Of a stretch of DNA of 64,000 nucleotides, positions 13,540 through 25,100 are shown piece by piece (position 1 is the first letter of the stretch; each line of letters opens with the position of its first letter). This stretch comes from Chiloscyllium plagiosum (taxonomy: Eukaryota), in the NCBI RefSeq assembly GCF_004010195.1, contig NC_057749.1:26334591-26398590 (forward strand), read 5' to 3'. Below the pieces are notes generated by a model. It was not told where the DNA came from. It did no database searches and saw nothing but the letters and a program-made list of their open reading frames with translations. Both the position numbers and the translations under genes were made by a program.

Positions 13540-13965
13540 AAAAAAAATCACTCTGGGTCTCTTATCCTCCAGGGTAAGAGACCTCATCTTCCACCTTGGC
13601 ACCCTCCAACCACACAGCATCAACATAGATTTCACCAGTTTCCTCACGTCCCCTCCCCACCCCCTCGTTCTAGATTCAACCCTCCAACTTGGCACTACCC
13701 TCTTGAATTGTCCTACCCGTTCATCTTCCTTCCCATCTATCTGCTCCACCCTCTGACCTATCACCATCACCCCCCAACTTCTTCTACCTATCACTTTCCC
13801 ATCTACTTTCCACCCAGCCCCACCCTATTTATCTCTCAGTCCCCTTCTCCACCCCGACATTCCTGATGAAGGGTTTATCCATTCAGATGCTGCCTGACCT
13901 GTTGCTTTGCCAGCACCACACTTCTCGATTTGATCACCAGCATCTGCAGTCCCCACTTTCTCCTG
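13540..13965 (+). mobile_element. Penelope-like element 3' end (GIY-YIG C-terminus plus terminal repeat)
   Basis: LIFHLGTLQPHSINIDFTSF then C-rich UTR and cattcctgatgaaggg...gatgctgcctgacc. Confidence 0.72.
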
Positions 13966-14046
13966 GGTTGCTTATCCTCTTTATCCTGCTCTGTTGCTCA
14001 ATCTTCGTTTTTCCCATACTTTTTCTCTGACCCTGCTCCTCAGTCT

Positions 14047-14544
14047 GTTCTTCACTTTCTGTTTCTCTGTCACCATTGTTGTTCTTCAATCCCAATAGAG
14101 ACTACTCAGACATGTTAGCTAACTCAATCATCCTTTATCCTGACTACAACTGATTAACAAACAGAACTTCAGCTACTTGTACAAATCAAGCAAAGTAAAA
14201 GCATCATGCTCACAACCCAGCTGGAGTATTCCTGTGAATGGGGAATCTGTCCAGAATTCTCCAAAAAGGGCTGTCTAATCTCTGGGCAGCAACACCAGGG
14301 CTGGTCACGTCCGTGATGATTGTTCTCCAGGGCTGGCACTGGCTGCGCTCAGTTTGATTTCTTGCTTTATAGAGTTAGGGGTAGTTTACTTCTTTTCCAT
14401 CAAGTATTACATAGTTAGCTAACATGTCTGAGTAGTCTCTATTGGGATTGAAGAACAACAATGGTGACAGAGAAACAGAAAGTGAAGAACTCTTGCTTTA
14501 TAGAGTTAGGGGTAGTTTACTTCTTTTCCATCAAGTATTACATA
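14047..14544. repeat. 78-bp perfect inverted repeat (14047-14124 / 14413-14490) plus 54-bp direct repeat (14360-14413 / 14491-14544)
   Basis: Read directly from the sequence. Confidence 0.9.
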
Positions 14545-14639
14545 AACCTTGCAGCTTTGTTTATTATCTCTCCCGTATCTTCACTGCTGACTGGTCATGA
14601 GAGCTGCCACTAATTATCCCATTGTGTTTGTGTGTTCAT

Positions 14640-15465
14640 CACCCAACTTGCTTATTCAAGAAGAGAAGAAACGTTAAACCAGGAAACTACAGGTCTGTCA
14701 GACTAACCTCAGTGGTGGGAAATTATTGGATGCAATTCTGAGAGATAGAATTAATCTGCACTTGGAGTGGTAAGAATTAATCCAGAATAGCATGGGTGGG
14801 TTGCGCTTTGGCGGGTCGGTGTGGATTTGTTGGGCTGAAGGGCCTGTTTCCACACTGTAAGTAATCTAATCTAATCTAAGAAACGTTAAACCAGGAAACT
14901 ACAGGTCTGTCAGACTAATCTCAGTGGTGGGAAATTATTGGATGCAATTCTGAGAGATATAATTAATCTGCACTTGGAGTGGTAAGAATTAATCCAGAAT
15001 AATCAGAATGGTCTGGTTAAGGGGAGGTCATGTTTGGCCAACTTGATTTAACTTTTCAAGGAGTTGACAAGTGTGCAGATAGAAGCAATGCATTGGGCCT
15101 AGTATATTTGAACTTCAGCAAGGTTTATAATAAGATTGCACATGGGAGATTGTTAGCAAAGAGCCCATGGGATTCAAGGAAAGTTGGAAAATTAGGTCTT
15201 GACTTGGACGAGTGGCAAGAAGCAGAGGGCAATGGTTAAGGGCATTTTTGTGTCTGAAAGCTTTCTCCAGGGGTGTTCTGTTGAAGATGATGGGAATCAA
15301 GAACTCATTACGTACAAAGGTGGTAGAGCCTGAAACCCTCAAAACATTTAAGGAATATTTAGATGTGTATTTACGATGCCAAGGCAAGTAAGGCATTGGG
15401 CCAAGTGCAGGATAATAGTATTAGAATAGTCAGACTTTGATAGGCACAAGTAGAACTCTATGACA
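14640..15465 (+). mobile_element. Old CR1 fragment containing a 124-bp duplication around a truncated HE1-type 3' end (14790-14877)
   Basis: KPGNYRSVRLTSVVGKLL remnant duplicated at 14666-14789 and 14878-15001; YLNFSKVYNK. Confidence 0.75.
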
Positions 15466-15660
15466 TTTTAAATAGTGCACTTGAAAAGACAGATGGCATC
15501 TCAGTTTATCATTTGAAAGATGATAACTCAGGCAATGCAACATCCTTCACTGATTGAAAGAGTGCCAGCCTACGCTCCATACTCAATCTTCCAGAGTTAA
15601 GTGTACTATCCACTGAGCTACAGTGAAATGCAATATCTTGTCAATGCCACTATGAGACAG

Positions 15661-17496
15661 AATTAAAAATCACACAACACCAGGTTATAGTCCAACAGGT
15701 TGAATTGGAAGCACACTAGCTTTCGGAGCGACGCTCCTTCAAGCCCTAAGCATACACCGGATCTGCTCAGATGAGGAGGAACGTAACGGACACCTGGAAG
15801 TACTCAAGGATGCCCTCACGAGAACGGGGTACAATGCTCAACTCATCAACCGCCAGTTCCGACGTGCCACATCGAGGAACCGTAATGACCTCCTCAGGAG
15901 ACAGACACATGCTGCAACTGACAGGGTACCCTTCATTGTTCAGTACTTCCCAGGGGCTGAAAAATTACGCCATGTTCTTCATGACCTGCAACACATTATC
16001 AATGAGGATGAGCACCTCACCAAGACCTTCCCCACACCTCCACTACTTGCCTTTAAACAACCACCAAACCTCAAACAGATCATTGTTCGTAGCAAACGTT
16101 CGTATCGGCACGGTGGTTAGCACTGTTGCCTCGCAGCGCCAGAGACCCGGGTTCAACTCCCGCCTCAGGCGACTCTCTGTATGGAGTTTGCACATTCTCC
16201 TCGTGTCTGCGTGGGTTTCCTCTGGGTGCTCCGGTTTCCTCCCACAATCCAAAAATGTGCAGGTTAGGTGAATTGGCCATGCTAAATTGCCCGTAGTGTT
16301 AGGTGAAGAGGTAAATGTATGGGTCTGGGTGGTATATGCTTCGGCGGGTCGGTGTGGACTTGTTGGGCCAAAGGGCCTGTTTCCACACTGTAAGTAATCT
16401 AATCTAATCTAAAGTAATCTAATCTAATCAAACTGCCCGGCTCTCAGGACAACTCCATACAACCCTGTGGTGGATGCTGCAAGACGTGTCAGAGTGTGGA
16501 CATAGATACCACCATTATGCGTGGGGACACCTCCCACCTTGTACATGGCAGGTACTCAAGTGACTTAGCCAACGTTGTCTAACTTATACGTTGCAGGCAG
16601 GGATGCCCGGAGGCATGGTACATTGGGGAAACCGAGCAAAAGCTACGACAACGGATGAATGGGCACCGCACAACAATCAACAGACAGGAGGGTTCCCTCT
16701 CAGTTGGGGAATACTTCAGTGGTCCAGGACATTCAGCCTTGGACCTTCGAGTGACCATCCTCCAAGGTGGACTTCGGGACAGGCAGCAGAGGAAAGTGGC
16801 TGAGCAGAGGCTGATAGCTAAGTTCGGTACCCATAGGGAGGGCATCAACCGGGACCTTGGGTTCATGTCACATTACAGGTGATCACCATTGCACCACACA
16901 CACACANNNNNNNNNNNNNNNNNNNNNNNNNNNNNNNNNNNNNNNNNNNNNNNNNNNNNNNNNNNNNNNNNNNNNNNNNNNNNNNNNNNNNNNNNNNNNN
17001 NNNNNNNNNNNNNNNNNNNNNNNNNNNNNNNNNNNNNNNNNNNNNNNNNNNNNNNNNNNNNNNNNNNNNNNNNNNNNNNNNNNNNNNNNNNNNNNNNNNN
17101 NNNNNNNNNNNNNNNNNNNNNNNNNNNNNNNNNNNNNNNNNNNNNNNNNNNNNNNNNNNNNNNNNNNNNNNNNNNNNNNNNNNNNNNNNNNNNNNNNNNN
17201 NNNNNNNNNNNNNNNNNNNNNNNNNNNNNNNNNNNNNNNNNNNNNNNNNNNNNNNNNNNNNNNNNNNNNNNNNNNNNNNNNNNNNNNNNNNNNNNNNNNN
17301 NNNNNNNNNNNNNNNNNNNNNNNNNNNNNNNNNNNNNNNNNNNNNNNNNNNNNNNNNNNNNNNNNNNNNNNNNNNNNNNNGAGCGTCGCTCTGAAAGCTA
17401 GTGCTTCCAATTAAACCTGTTGGACTATAACCTGGTGTTGTGTGATTTTTAACTTTGTACACCCCAGTCCAACACCGGCATCTCCAAATCATGACT
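15661..17496 (+). mobile_element. 5'-truncated Penelope-like element (RT thumb, linker, GIY-YIG endonuclease) with inverted 5' terminal-repeat fragment and 12-bp TSD
   Basis: IHRICSDEEE...KQPPNLKQIIVRSK; CCKTC; WYIGETEQKLRQRMNGHR...EQRLIAKFGTHREGINRD; TSD actatgagacag at 15649-15660 and 17497-17508; spans gap 16907-17380. Confidence 0.9.
16106..16429 (+). mobile_element. HE1-like SINE inserted into the Penelope ORF
   Basis: cggcacggtggttagcactgttgcctcgcagcgccagagacccgggttcaa...(taatc)n. Confidence 0.88.
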
Positions 17497-17689
17497 ACTA
17501 TGAGACAGTAACTTGACACTATAAACAATATTAAAGCACCATCACCACAGAGTCTAAGCCATTTCAGGGTTGATCATTACTTAGCATTAATATATTCAGT
17601 ATAAAATTGTTTTGGTGCCAATTGCTCAGGTGAAAACATATTTCAAGAACTATAAAGATAATACTTGCAAATCAGAAGTGACCACGAAC

Positions 17690-18205
17690 AGTTTTGTCAC
17701 CTTGCTCTCGGAAGGATGTTATTAAACTGGAAAGAGTGCAGAAAAAATTTGCAAGGATGTTGCCAGGACTCGCTGGTCTGAGTTTTAGGAAGAGTTTAAC
17801 TTTAGACCGTAGGAGACTGGGGGAAGGGGATCTTATAGAAGTCTATAAGATCATGAGAAGCATGGATAGGGTGAATGCACTCAGTCTTTTTCCCAGGGGT
17901 GAGGAATCGAGGACTAGAATGCATTAGATTAAGATTAGAGGGAAATAATAAAAGGGAACCGGAGGGGCAATGTTTTTATAGAGAGTGGTAGGCATATGGA
18001 AATAAGCTGCCAGTGGAAACATTTGAGGTGGGTACATTAACAACATTTAAAAGGCATTTGGACAAATACATGGATAAGAAAGGATTAGAAGGATATGGGC
18101 CGAGTGCAGGGAAATGGGGTTAGCGTGGATGGACATTTTGGTCAGTATGGAGCAGTGTGGGCCAAAGGGCCTGTCTCCGTGCTGTAGGACTCTATGACTC
18201 TACAA
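17690..18205 (+). mobile_element. CR1 3' end
   Basis: KDVIKLERVQKKFARMLPGL...[11 protein letters not shown]; tail actctatgactcta. Confidence 0.85.
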
Positions 18206-18482
18206 GTAATGACAACTGATCTTCATTGACAAGGACCGAGTGAAAAATTAAGAAAGACAAGGGGAAGGGATCCATGTTGAAAAGAATAATAAAAGGAGAC
18301 AAATAAAGGGAAAATGTAAAGCAGATCAATCACTCTAACATCTTCAGGACTGTACTCGAGGTCATATTTCTAACATAGATGTAACTCATTAAAATGTTGC
18401 AGCAGATTTTATAGGCAATTGAAAAGTCAGGGCTACATACTGGAAATGTCTGCCATAGTTTCTGGGTTAAGTATACTTTGTA

Positions 18483-18694
18483 AGGAGAAAGTGAGGACTG
18501 CAGGTACTGGAGATCTGAGCTGAAAATGTGTTGCTGGAAAAGCGCAAGTCAGACAGCATCCAAGGAATAGGAGAATCGACGTTTCGGGCATAAGCCCTTC
18601 TTCCTGAAGAAGGGCTTATGCCTGAAACGTCGATTCTCCTGTTCCTTGGATGCTGCCTGACCTGCTGCGCTTTTCCAGCAACACATTTTCAGCT
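18483..18694. mobile_element. Penelope-derived fold-back insertion with 14-bp TSD
   Basis: ~85-bp near-perfect inverted arms centred on gcccttcttcctgaagaagggc; TSD aagtata(c/a)tttgta at 18469-18482 and 18695-18708. Confidence 0.8.
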
Positions 18695-18945
18695 AAGTAT
18701 AATTTGTAGTCCTATGTTGAAAAGTTGAACAAATCACATTGAATAGCAACATCAAAAAGAAGCAACTCAATAATAAAAATTCACTCTAAACTCTTGACTG
18801 TTCAAAAGGGGCTTGTTTTAGGAGTAATAACTTAATAAAACATTGTTCGGATTACCTTTAACAATGGACAAGAATGTTATAGGTAATGTTCAGCAAATAA
18901 TCAGTGATTTCTTTAAAAATATAATTCAATCTATAGATTATAAAG

Positions 18946-18951
18946 TTTATT
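18946..18951 (-). terminator. Candidate polyadenylation signal AATAAA of CPRAS1-like gene
   Basis: tttatt on + strand, ~140 nt downstream of the stop codon in an AT-rich 3' UTR. Confidence 0.5.
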
Positions 18952-19092
18952 TGCAAGGTTGGCATTTCTTGCTCTTCTGTTGTAACCTTGAAAAAAATAG
19001 CAAATGTTTTTCTTCTTGAACTAGTGCAATTGAAATGGTGCCATTTGGAGGAAGTCAGCAGCCTTTTCGAGCCATCAACATGCCTTGGAATA

Positions 19093-19185
19093 TCACAGGG
19101 GCACCATGAACTTCGGCTTCTTGAACATTTTCTTCTTTGCAGCCTTGAGCCGAAAAGCCACATTAGCGATGTCATCTGTAAAAGA
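19093..19185 (-). CDS. Terminal coding exon of CPRAS1-like gene
   Basis: Acceptor tatacccag|TCT; phase 0; [30 protein letters not shown] then TGA at 19095-19093. Confidence 0.83.
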   Translation of the reverse strand, partial: SFTDDIANVAFRLKAAKKKMFKKPKFMVPL

Positions 19186-22100
19186 CTGGGTATACAGCAT
19201 AATGATAGAGATTATCATTAAAATCCAGTTTCATATGGATTACATAATTCATGCCACTTACTATAGCTTGAATAATAAAAGCCTGACCTGCACAAAAGCC
19301 CTTCAGTTCAATAATTGCTAAATCTCCAGCAGAAACTCCAAATAACCTAACTTTATGCAGACGAATAGCCAAATATATTCTGTATCTCATTACTACTGTA
19401 CTTATCAACATCCCTGTAAGGTTATTTCAAGCAGTCTTCTTTTCAAATCTTGGTGAGATCACCCTAGACTGTTGAGGAAAGTAGAGGTGAAAACTGCTGA
19501 GTCTAATAATCTTAGATAAAAGGAAGTCGTGTCTAAAGATTGCAATCCATTTTAAAAATGGAGAAAAAAAATGTTCCAGATAGGCTGATTACCCCAATGG
19601 TGATGGAACAATCTGTAAAGACAATAATCTTAACTTGCAATTGAAAAAATATAGTTTGAGCCAGGAATCCTAGTTTCAGCCCCTCCTCCAGGGGTGTGTA
19701 ATAAAATCTCTGAATGCATTGATTAGAAATAAATAGACTATTTAGCTGGTGGGTTAGCTCAGATGATAACAGCAAGGTCATGGGTTTAATCCCCATTCTG
19801 ACCAAACCTGCTGGCTTCCAACCGGGACTTCAATATTTGCCCTCTTGTAGCACAGTGACAGCGTCCCCACCCCTGGACTGGGACACCCAGACTCAATTCC
19901 CACCTGCTCCAAAGATATGTAGTAACAACTCTGAACATGTTGATTAGAAAATAACTTACTTTCTGTTAAAAAAAAAACAGACCAATGAGTTTCTTGTGGC
20001 ATGTCCTTACCTCTGAACAGGAGACCTGCACTCCAGTCCCATTTTTGCCAGAGGTGTGTCATACCATCCCTGAATAAGTTGGTTCGGGAATAAGAAGCAT
20101 ATCCATTGCAATGGGATGCAGTGCTTTATTTCTGTCTCCAACTCCGTTTTGAATTAAGGTATTCTCTCTCTACCTCCCCTTCCCTCTTCACTTTTTAATC
20201 GGCTGCATTCCTCACAATGGGCTTTGCTTATACAGAGGAAACTCAATTATCCGAAAATCGGATTATCCGAAGTAGATCTCGAGGTCCCAATGGAAACATT
20301 TCATCAAAGACATGTTTCCAACAGTGATCGCGTCTTTTGTTTACAGTGATTAAACAGGCACCGTCTCCAAATGACTGACCTCCTGCCCTCTCTCTCTCCC
20401 CACACTTTTCCAGGAGTTCTACACAGGGGTGAACCCTAAACCCCCTTCCCCAGATAATCTCTCCAACATTGTCTTGTACAGGGCAAAGGTGGAACCTATC
20501 ACAAAAAGTTGTGTGTGGGGCTGTGTGTGCGTGCTATTTGGAGACTTACCCCACAAAGGCTACTGCAGCAGAATTGTTACTGGTGTCCAGTCCAGCTGCC
20601 GTGGAGAGGGAGGTGATGTCTACGGGGTNNNNNNNNNNNNNNNNNGGGCAGGGGCTGGGCACTGTGTGCTGCTGCAGTCTCCTCAACAGGGAGCAGACTT
20701 TAAAATCTCTGAGCCCCAGAGGAAAGGCATTTAATCGATTAACCGAATAATCGATTATTCAAACGAAATTCAAATCAAATTCCAATAACCAAGGTTGCGC
20801 TGTATATAGCTGACTACATGGGTGATTACTGGTGGTTAATCATTAAAAGAAGAGGGGAAAAATGAAACAAAATGTAACGGTGATTTTGGGGGTTGGAAAG
20901 TCACTCAGTTGAGTGTGACGGCACTTCTAACTATAAAAGAAAATAATAATTTAAAAAATAAAGTCGACCCAGAGGGCTCTTGTGGCATGGTGGGAGTGTT
21001 CCTCTGAGCCAGGGAGACTATTACAAAATAAAACACCTTGGCCATAATCAGCAGGAACCCTCACAGAGGTGATTATTTTAAACAGACAAGCCACTGAGAA
21101 CAAAATCCCTGCAGTGACTCTTCAACAGAAGAAATGCTCGCCTGATTATTATATGGTCCTCAGCCAGAACTGGAAAGCAATGGGAATAGATACACTGGGA
21201 ATGTCATGCAGGTGGACTCATCAACACAGGTGCGAGGGGGAGCCTCCTGACTCAGAGCAGGGCGGAGGGGTTGTAAGTGATTTGAGAGATTTGTTCAGTT
21301 GTATTTTTTCTTTAAGAGGGGTATTGTTAATCTCTTGCCAAGCTGTCTGTACCATGGAAAGCGAAGTAAAAGTTTTTTAAAAAGTTAACTAAAAGAAGCA
21401 TGAGTGGGTAGAGTCAGGCTCTCACAAATCCAGGGCTTTATTTTTGCTTTCTGTTGAAGATGTTGGGGTTTCTAGAGTTTAAGCTGCTAGACTGATTGAT
21501 TGAGTGTTGTCACATGTACCAAGATGCAGTGAAATGTTGTTTTGCATACTATTCAGGCAGATTGCACCATACAAAGTGGATCAGGTTGGCAGAACAGAAT
21601 GCAGAATGCAGTGTTACAGCTGCAGAGAAGGTGCTGAGAGACATAGGAGAGGTCCGTTCTAGAGTCTGATAACAGCAAGAAAGAAACTGTTTTTGAACTT
21701 GTTCACACGTGTATTCAAACTCTCATATTTTCTGGCTGATGGAAGAGGGTGGAAGAGAGTATAACTCGGGAGGGAGAGCTCTTTGATTATGTTGGTTGCT
21801 TTCCTGAGGCAGTGGGAAGTATAGACGGACTCAATGGCTGGCTTGCATAATGGACTGGCCTGTATTCATGACTCTCTGTAGTTTCTTGTGGTCTTGGGTA
21901 CAGTAGTTGCCATACCACACTGTGATGCATCCAGATGGAATGCTTTCTATGATGTATCAATAAAAATTGGTAAGTCTTTGTGAACATGCCAAATTTTCTT
22001 AGCCTCCTGAGAAAGTAGAGACTTTGTTGTGCTTTCTTGATAGTCTTGTTGACATGGGTGATCTTAACTCTCAGAAATTTGATGCTCTCAACCATCTCAA

Positions 22101-25100
22101 CCTCACCACCATTGATGCCCTCCAACTATTTCCTGAAGTCAATGAACAGCTCCTTTATTTTTCTGACTTTGGAGAGATTATTGCCTTTACACCAAGCCGC
22201 TAAGCACTTGATCTCTTTCTTGTGTTCTGTCTTGTTATTGTTTGAGATCCAACCCAGAAAGATGGCGTCATCAGCAAAATTGTATATGGTGTTGGGGCAG
22301 AATTTGGCCACACAATCGTGACTGTATAAGGCGTAGAGCGGGGGGCTGAGTACATTGCCTTGCAATGCACCAGTGCTGAGGATTATGGTGGAGAAGGTGT
22401 TGTCGCCTATTCTTACTGATTGCAGTCCTTGGGTCAGGAAGTCAAGGATCAGTTTCAGAGGGGGGAAACCAAGACCTAGGTCTCAGAGTCTGGAGATCAG
22501 TTTTATTGGAATTATGGTGTTAAAAGCAGAATGGTATTCAACTCTCTCCCCTGCTACAAAAAGCTCGAGCTTTCTCTCTGCTGCGAGATTAATTGTTTTG
22601 GTGTTCCTTTCTCCTGGACGGAAGAAGCAAGTGATCAAATCTGCTTTGCTGAATTGGCCAGGGGTGTGTTTATAGGATTCTGCTTTATTGAAATAGTTGA
22701 GTAGTCGTTAAATAATATTATTTTATTAAATGTTTTGCCAATTCTTTATTTTTGTTTGTATTTTAACTGTGGTATAAGAACAGAGTATGTTTTGCTTAAA
22801 GCCCAGCAATTTGACTAATCCATTCATGCCTAGAATGCAGCAACTTAGACTTGCCTTTAATAAGATAAAAGGTCATGGTCTAGGATATCTCCTTGGATGT
22901 ATTTTGAGGGGGTTTGTTCTGGTCCATAACATATGATAATCCCTACATGGTTCATCGGAGTTATTAATTAACCTCCCATGGAGCTTACTGAGTATGTGTT
23001 TCCTTTGTAACAGGCAATGGCCTGCCCAGCTGAGCCCTTTACAAAACAGACCCTGGGGAGAACTCTTGTGTCACAATGGTAACACCCCTGCCTGTGAGCT
23101 AGGAGACCCATGTTTAAATCCCACCTGCTCCAAGTATAATAGCATCTTTGAAGAATTGATTAGAAAATATTTATAAAGCAGAAGTAAGGACCCTTGTTTC
23201 AGTGCTGGTGTCCCCATCTCTGGGCTGTGGAGGCCTGGGTTCAAGTCCCACCTGCTCCAGTGGTGTGTCATAACATCTCTGCAAGTTGGATTAAAAAAAA
23301 ACAAAAAATAAAAAACACACCTAGAATTTTAAAAAAGCAGATTCCAAATGATGTGACTTTACCTTCCTTTGGTTTCAAAACAATTCTGCAAAGTAGGAAA
23401 GGTCTGCAGAATGGTCTGTCCTGGGTTGGGACTAGCCTCTGTACACTAAGATTAATGGCTCTATTTTGGTATTCAACAGTAAATTACGCTTTTTCCAGTT
23501 GGGTTGGTAATGACAGCGCACTTATTTCAGATGAAAAGCGAATGAACCAGAGATGATACAAGGAAATTTTTTCACCCTGAATTGTTGTGATTTGGAATAA
23601 ACTGCCTGAAAGGATGATGGATATTGAAAAACTTCCAAATTACAGTTTTAGAAGAAATGGAGAAATATTTGAAGGCAATTGCTGACATTTCTGTTACCAT
23701 CCATTCTCTGAGCTTTTGCATTACTCCAACTCAGTCTGAAAGTAAGTGTTGAAATGAGAGAGAGAGAGAAGATGGACAAGCACGTGATATACAATCACCA
23801 GACATCCCAAACTGCTGCTTGGCACCTTGGTGCTTGGTACTTAAACCAAATGGAGTTTTAAACAGAAGAACAAATTTAATAAACAGAAGAAATGATCTGA
23901 TGATTAGAGAACACCAATAAGTTTAGCTTCAGAGGAAGCCTTGAACAACAATAATTTAGGAAATAATGGTTCTTTCAGTGGCTAAGATTTTCCTGGAATT
24001 GAAAGAACTCACTTGAGATGGTTCACTGAAGGTGAGTAAGGCAAAGCTTTTAGAATTGGCAGATAGGCTGAAGTTGGAGTTGTATTCATCCATGAGGAAA
24101 CGGGAGATAATGCTAGCAATAGGTCAGCATTCACAATTGCCAGGAATGCAATCGGAATATTTGGAAATGGCTAAAATTCAACTGAATTCAAATGAAGCAG
24201 TTTGAATTAGAAGCAATGGCAAGGAAAAATGAGAGACAAAGCAAAAGAGATAGAGATAACTGCAATGAAACAAAGAGCAAAATAATTAAAATAGTTTGAA
24301 TATGGAAATGAAACAGTTTGAGTTATGATTGAAAGCAGAAGAAAAAGAAACAGAAAGAATAACCCCAGGAGCAGGAAGGATTAAAGAGAGATTTTGAACT
24401 TCAGAAGTTGGCAATGGAAAGTGCAAGTTAACTTAAAATGGTGCAGATGAAGTTAAAAAGTGAGAGTAGTGATTAGAACAATGATGACGAGCTAACCTGT
24501 CGTAGCCGAAGGCCTAGTGGAGATCTGTTTAAATACATCCAACCCATTACCTGAGTTCAACAAAAAGGACATAGAAGTCTCTGTCATTTCATTTGAGAAA
24601 GTGGCTAACCAAAGGAAATGGCCACTGGCCACGTGGGTATGTTGGGTGAGGAGTGGGGGAACCCAGGGAGATAGTGAGGAAAGAGATCAGTCTGAGACTG
24701 GTACAATTGGGAAAAGGAGTAAGTCAAACAGTCAGAGCAAGCAGGGACAAAGCCACAGAAGAGACATAACAGGTAAGGCAGATAAACTGAGGACATGACT
24801 GGGAACATGGGTTTGGGATATCAGAGTAATTACAGAGACATGGCTCAGGGATGGACAGGACTGGCAGCTTTGTGTTCCAGGGTAAAGGGACGGCTGGAAA
24901 ATGGGAAACCTTCAAAAATGAAATAACAAGTGTCCAGGGACAGCATGTTACTATTAGGATGAAGGGCAAGGCTGGTACTTAAAGAGAGTGCTGGATGACC
25001 AGAGAAATTGAGGTTTTGGTCAAGAGAAAGAAGGAAGTATATGTTAGAAATATACAGCAGAGATGGACTGAATCCCTATAAGAGTATAACGGCAGTAGGA

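Noticed and set aside
16857..17528. Long ORFs containing X runs (also 52332-53097 and 60710-62531)
   Set aside because: Artefacts of assembly gaps; only the flanking TE-derived parts are real.
18858..19175. 105-aa minus-strand [12 protein letters not shown]... overlapping the terminal exon
   Set aside because: Wrong frame; the phase-0 acceptor at 19186-19188 gives the reading consistent with upstream exons.
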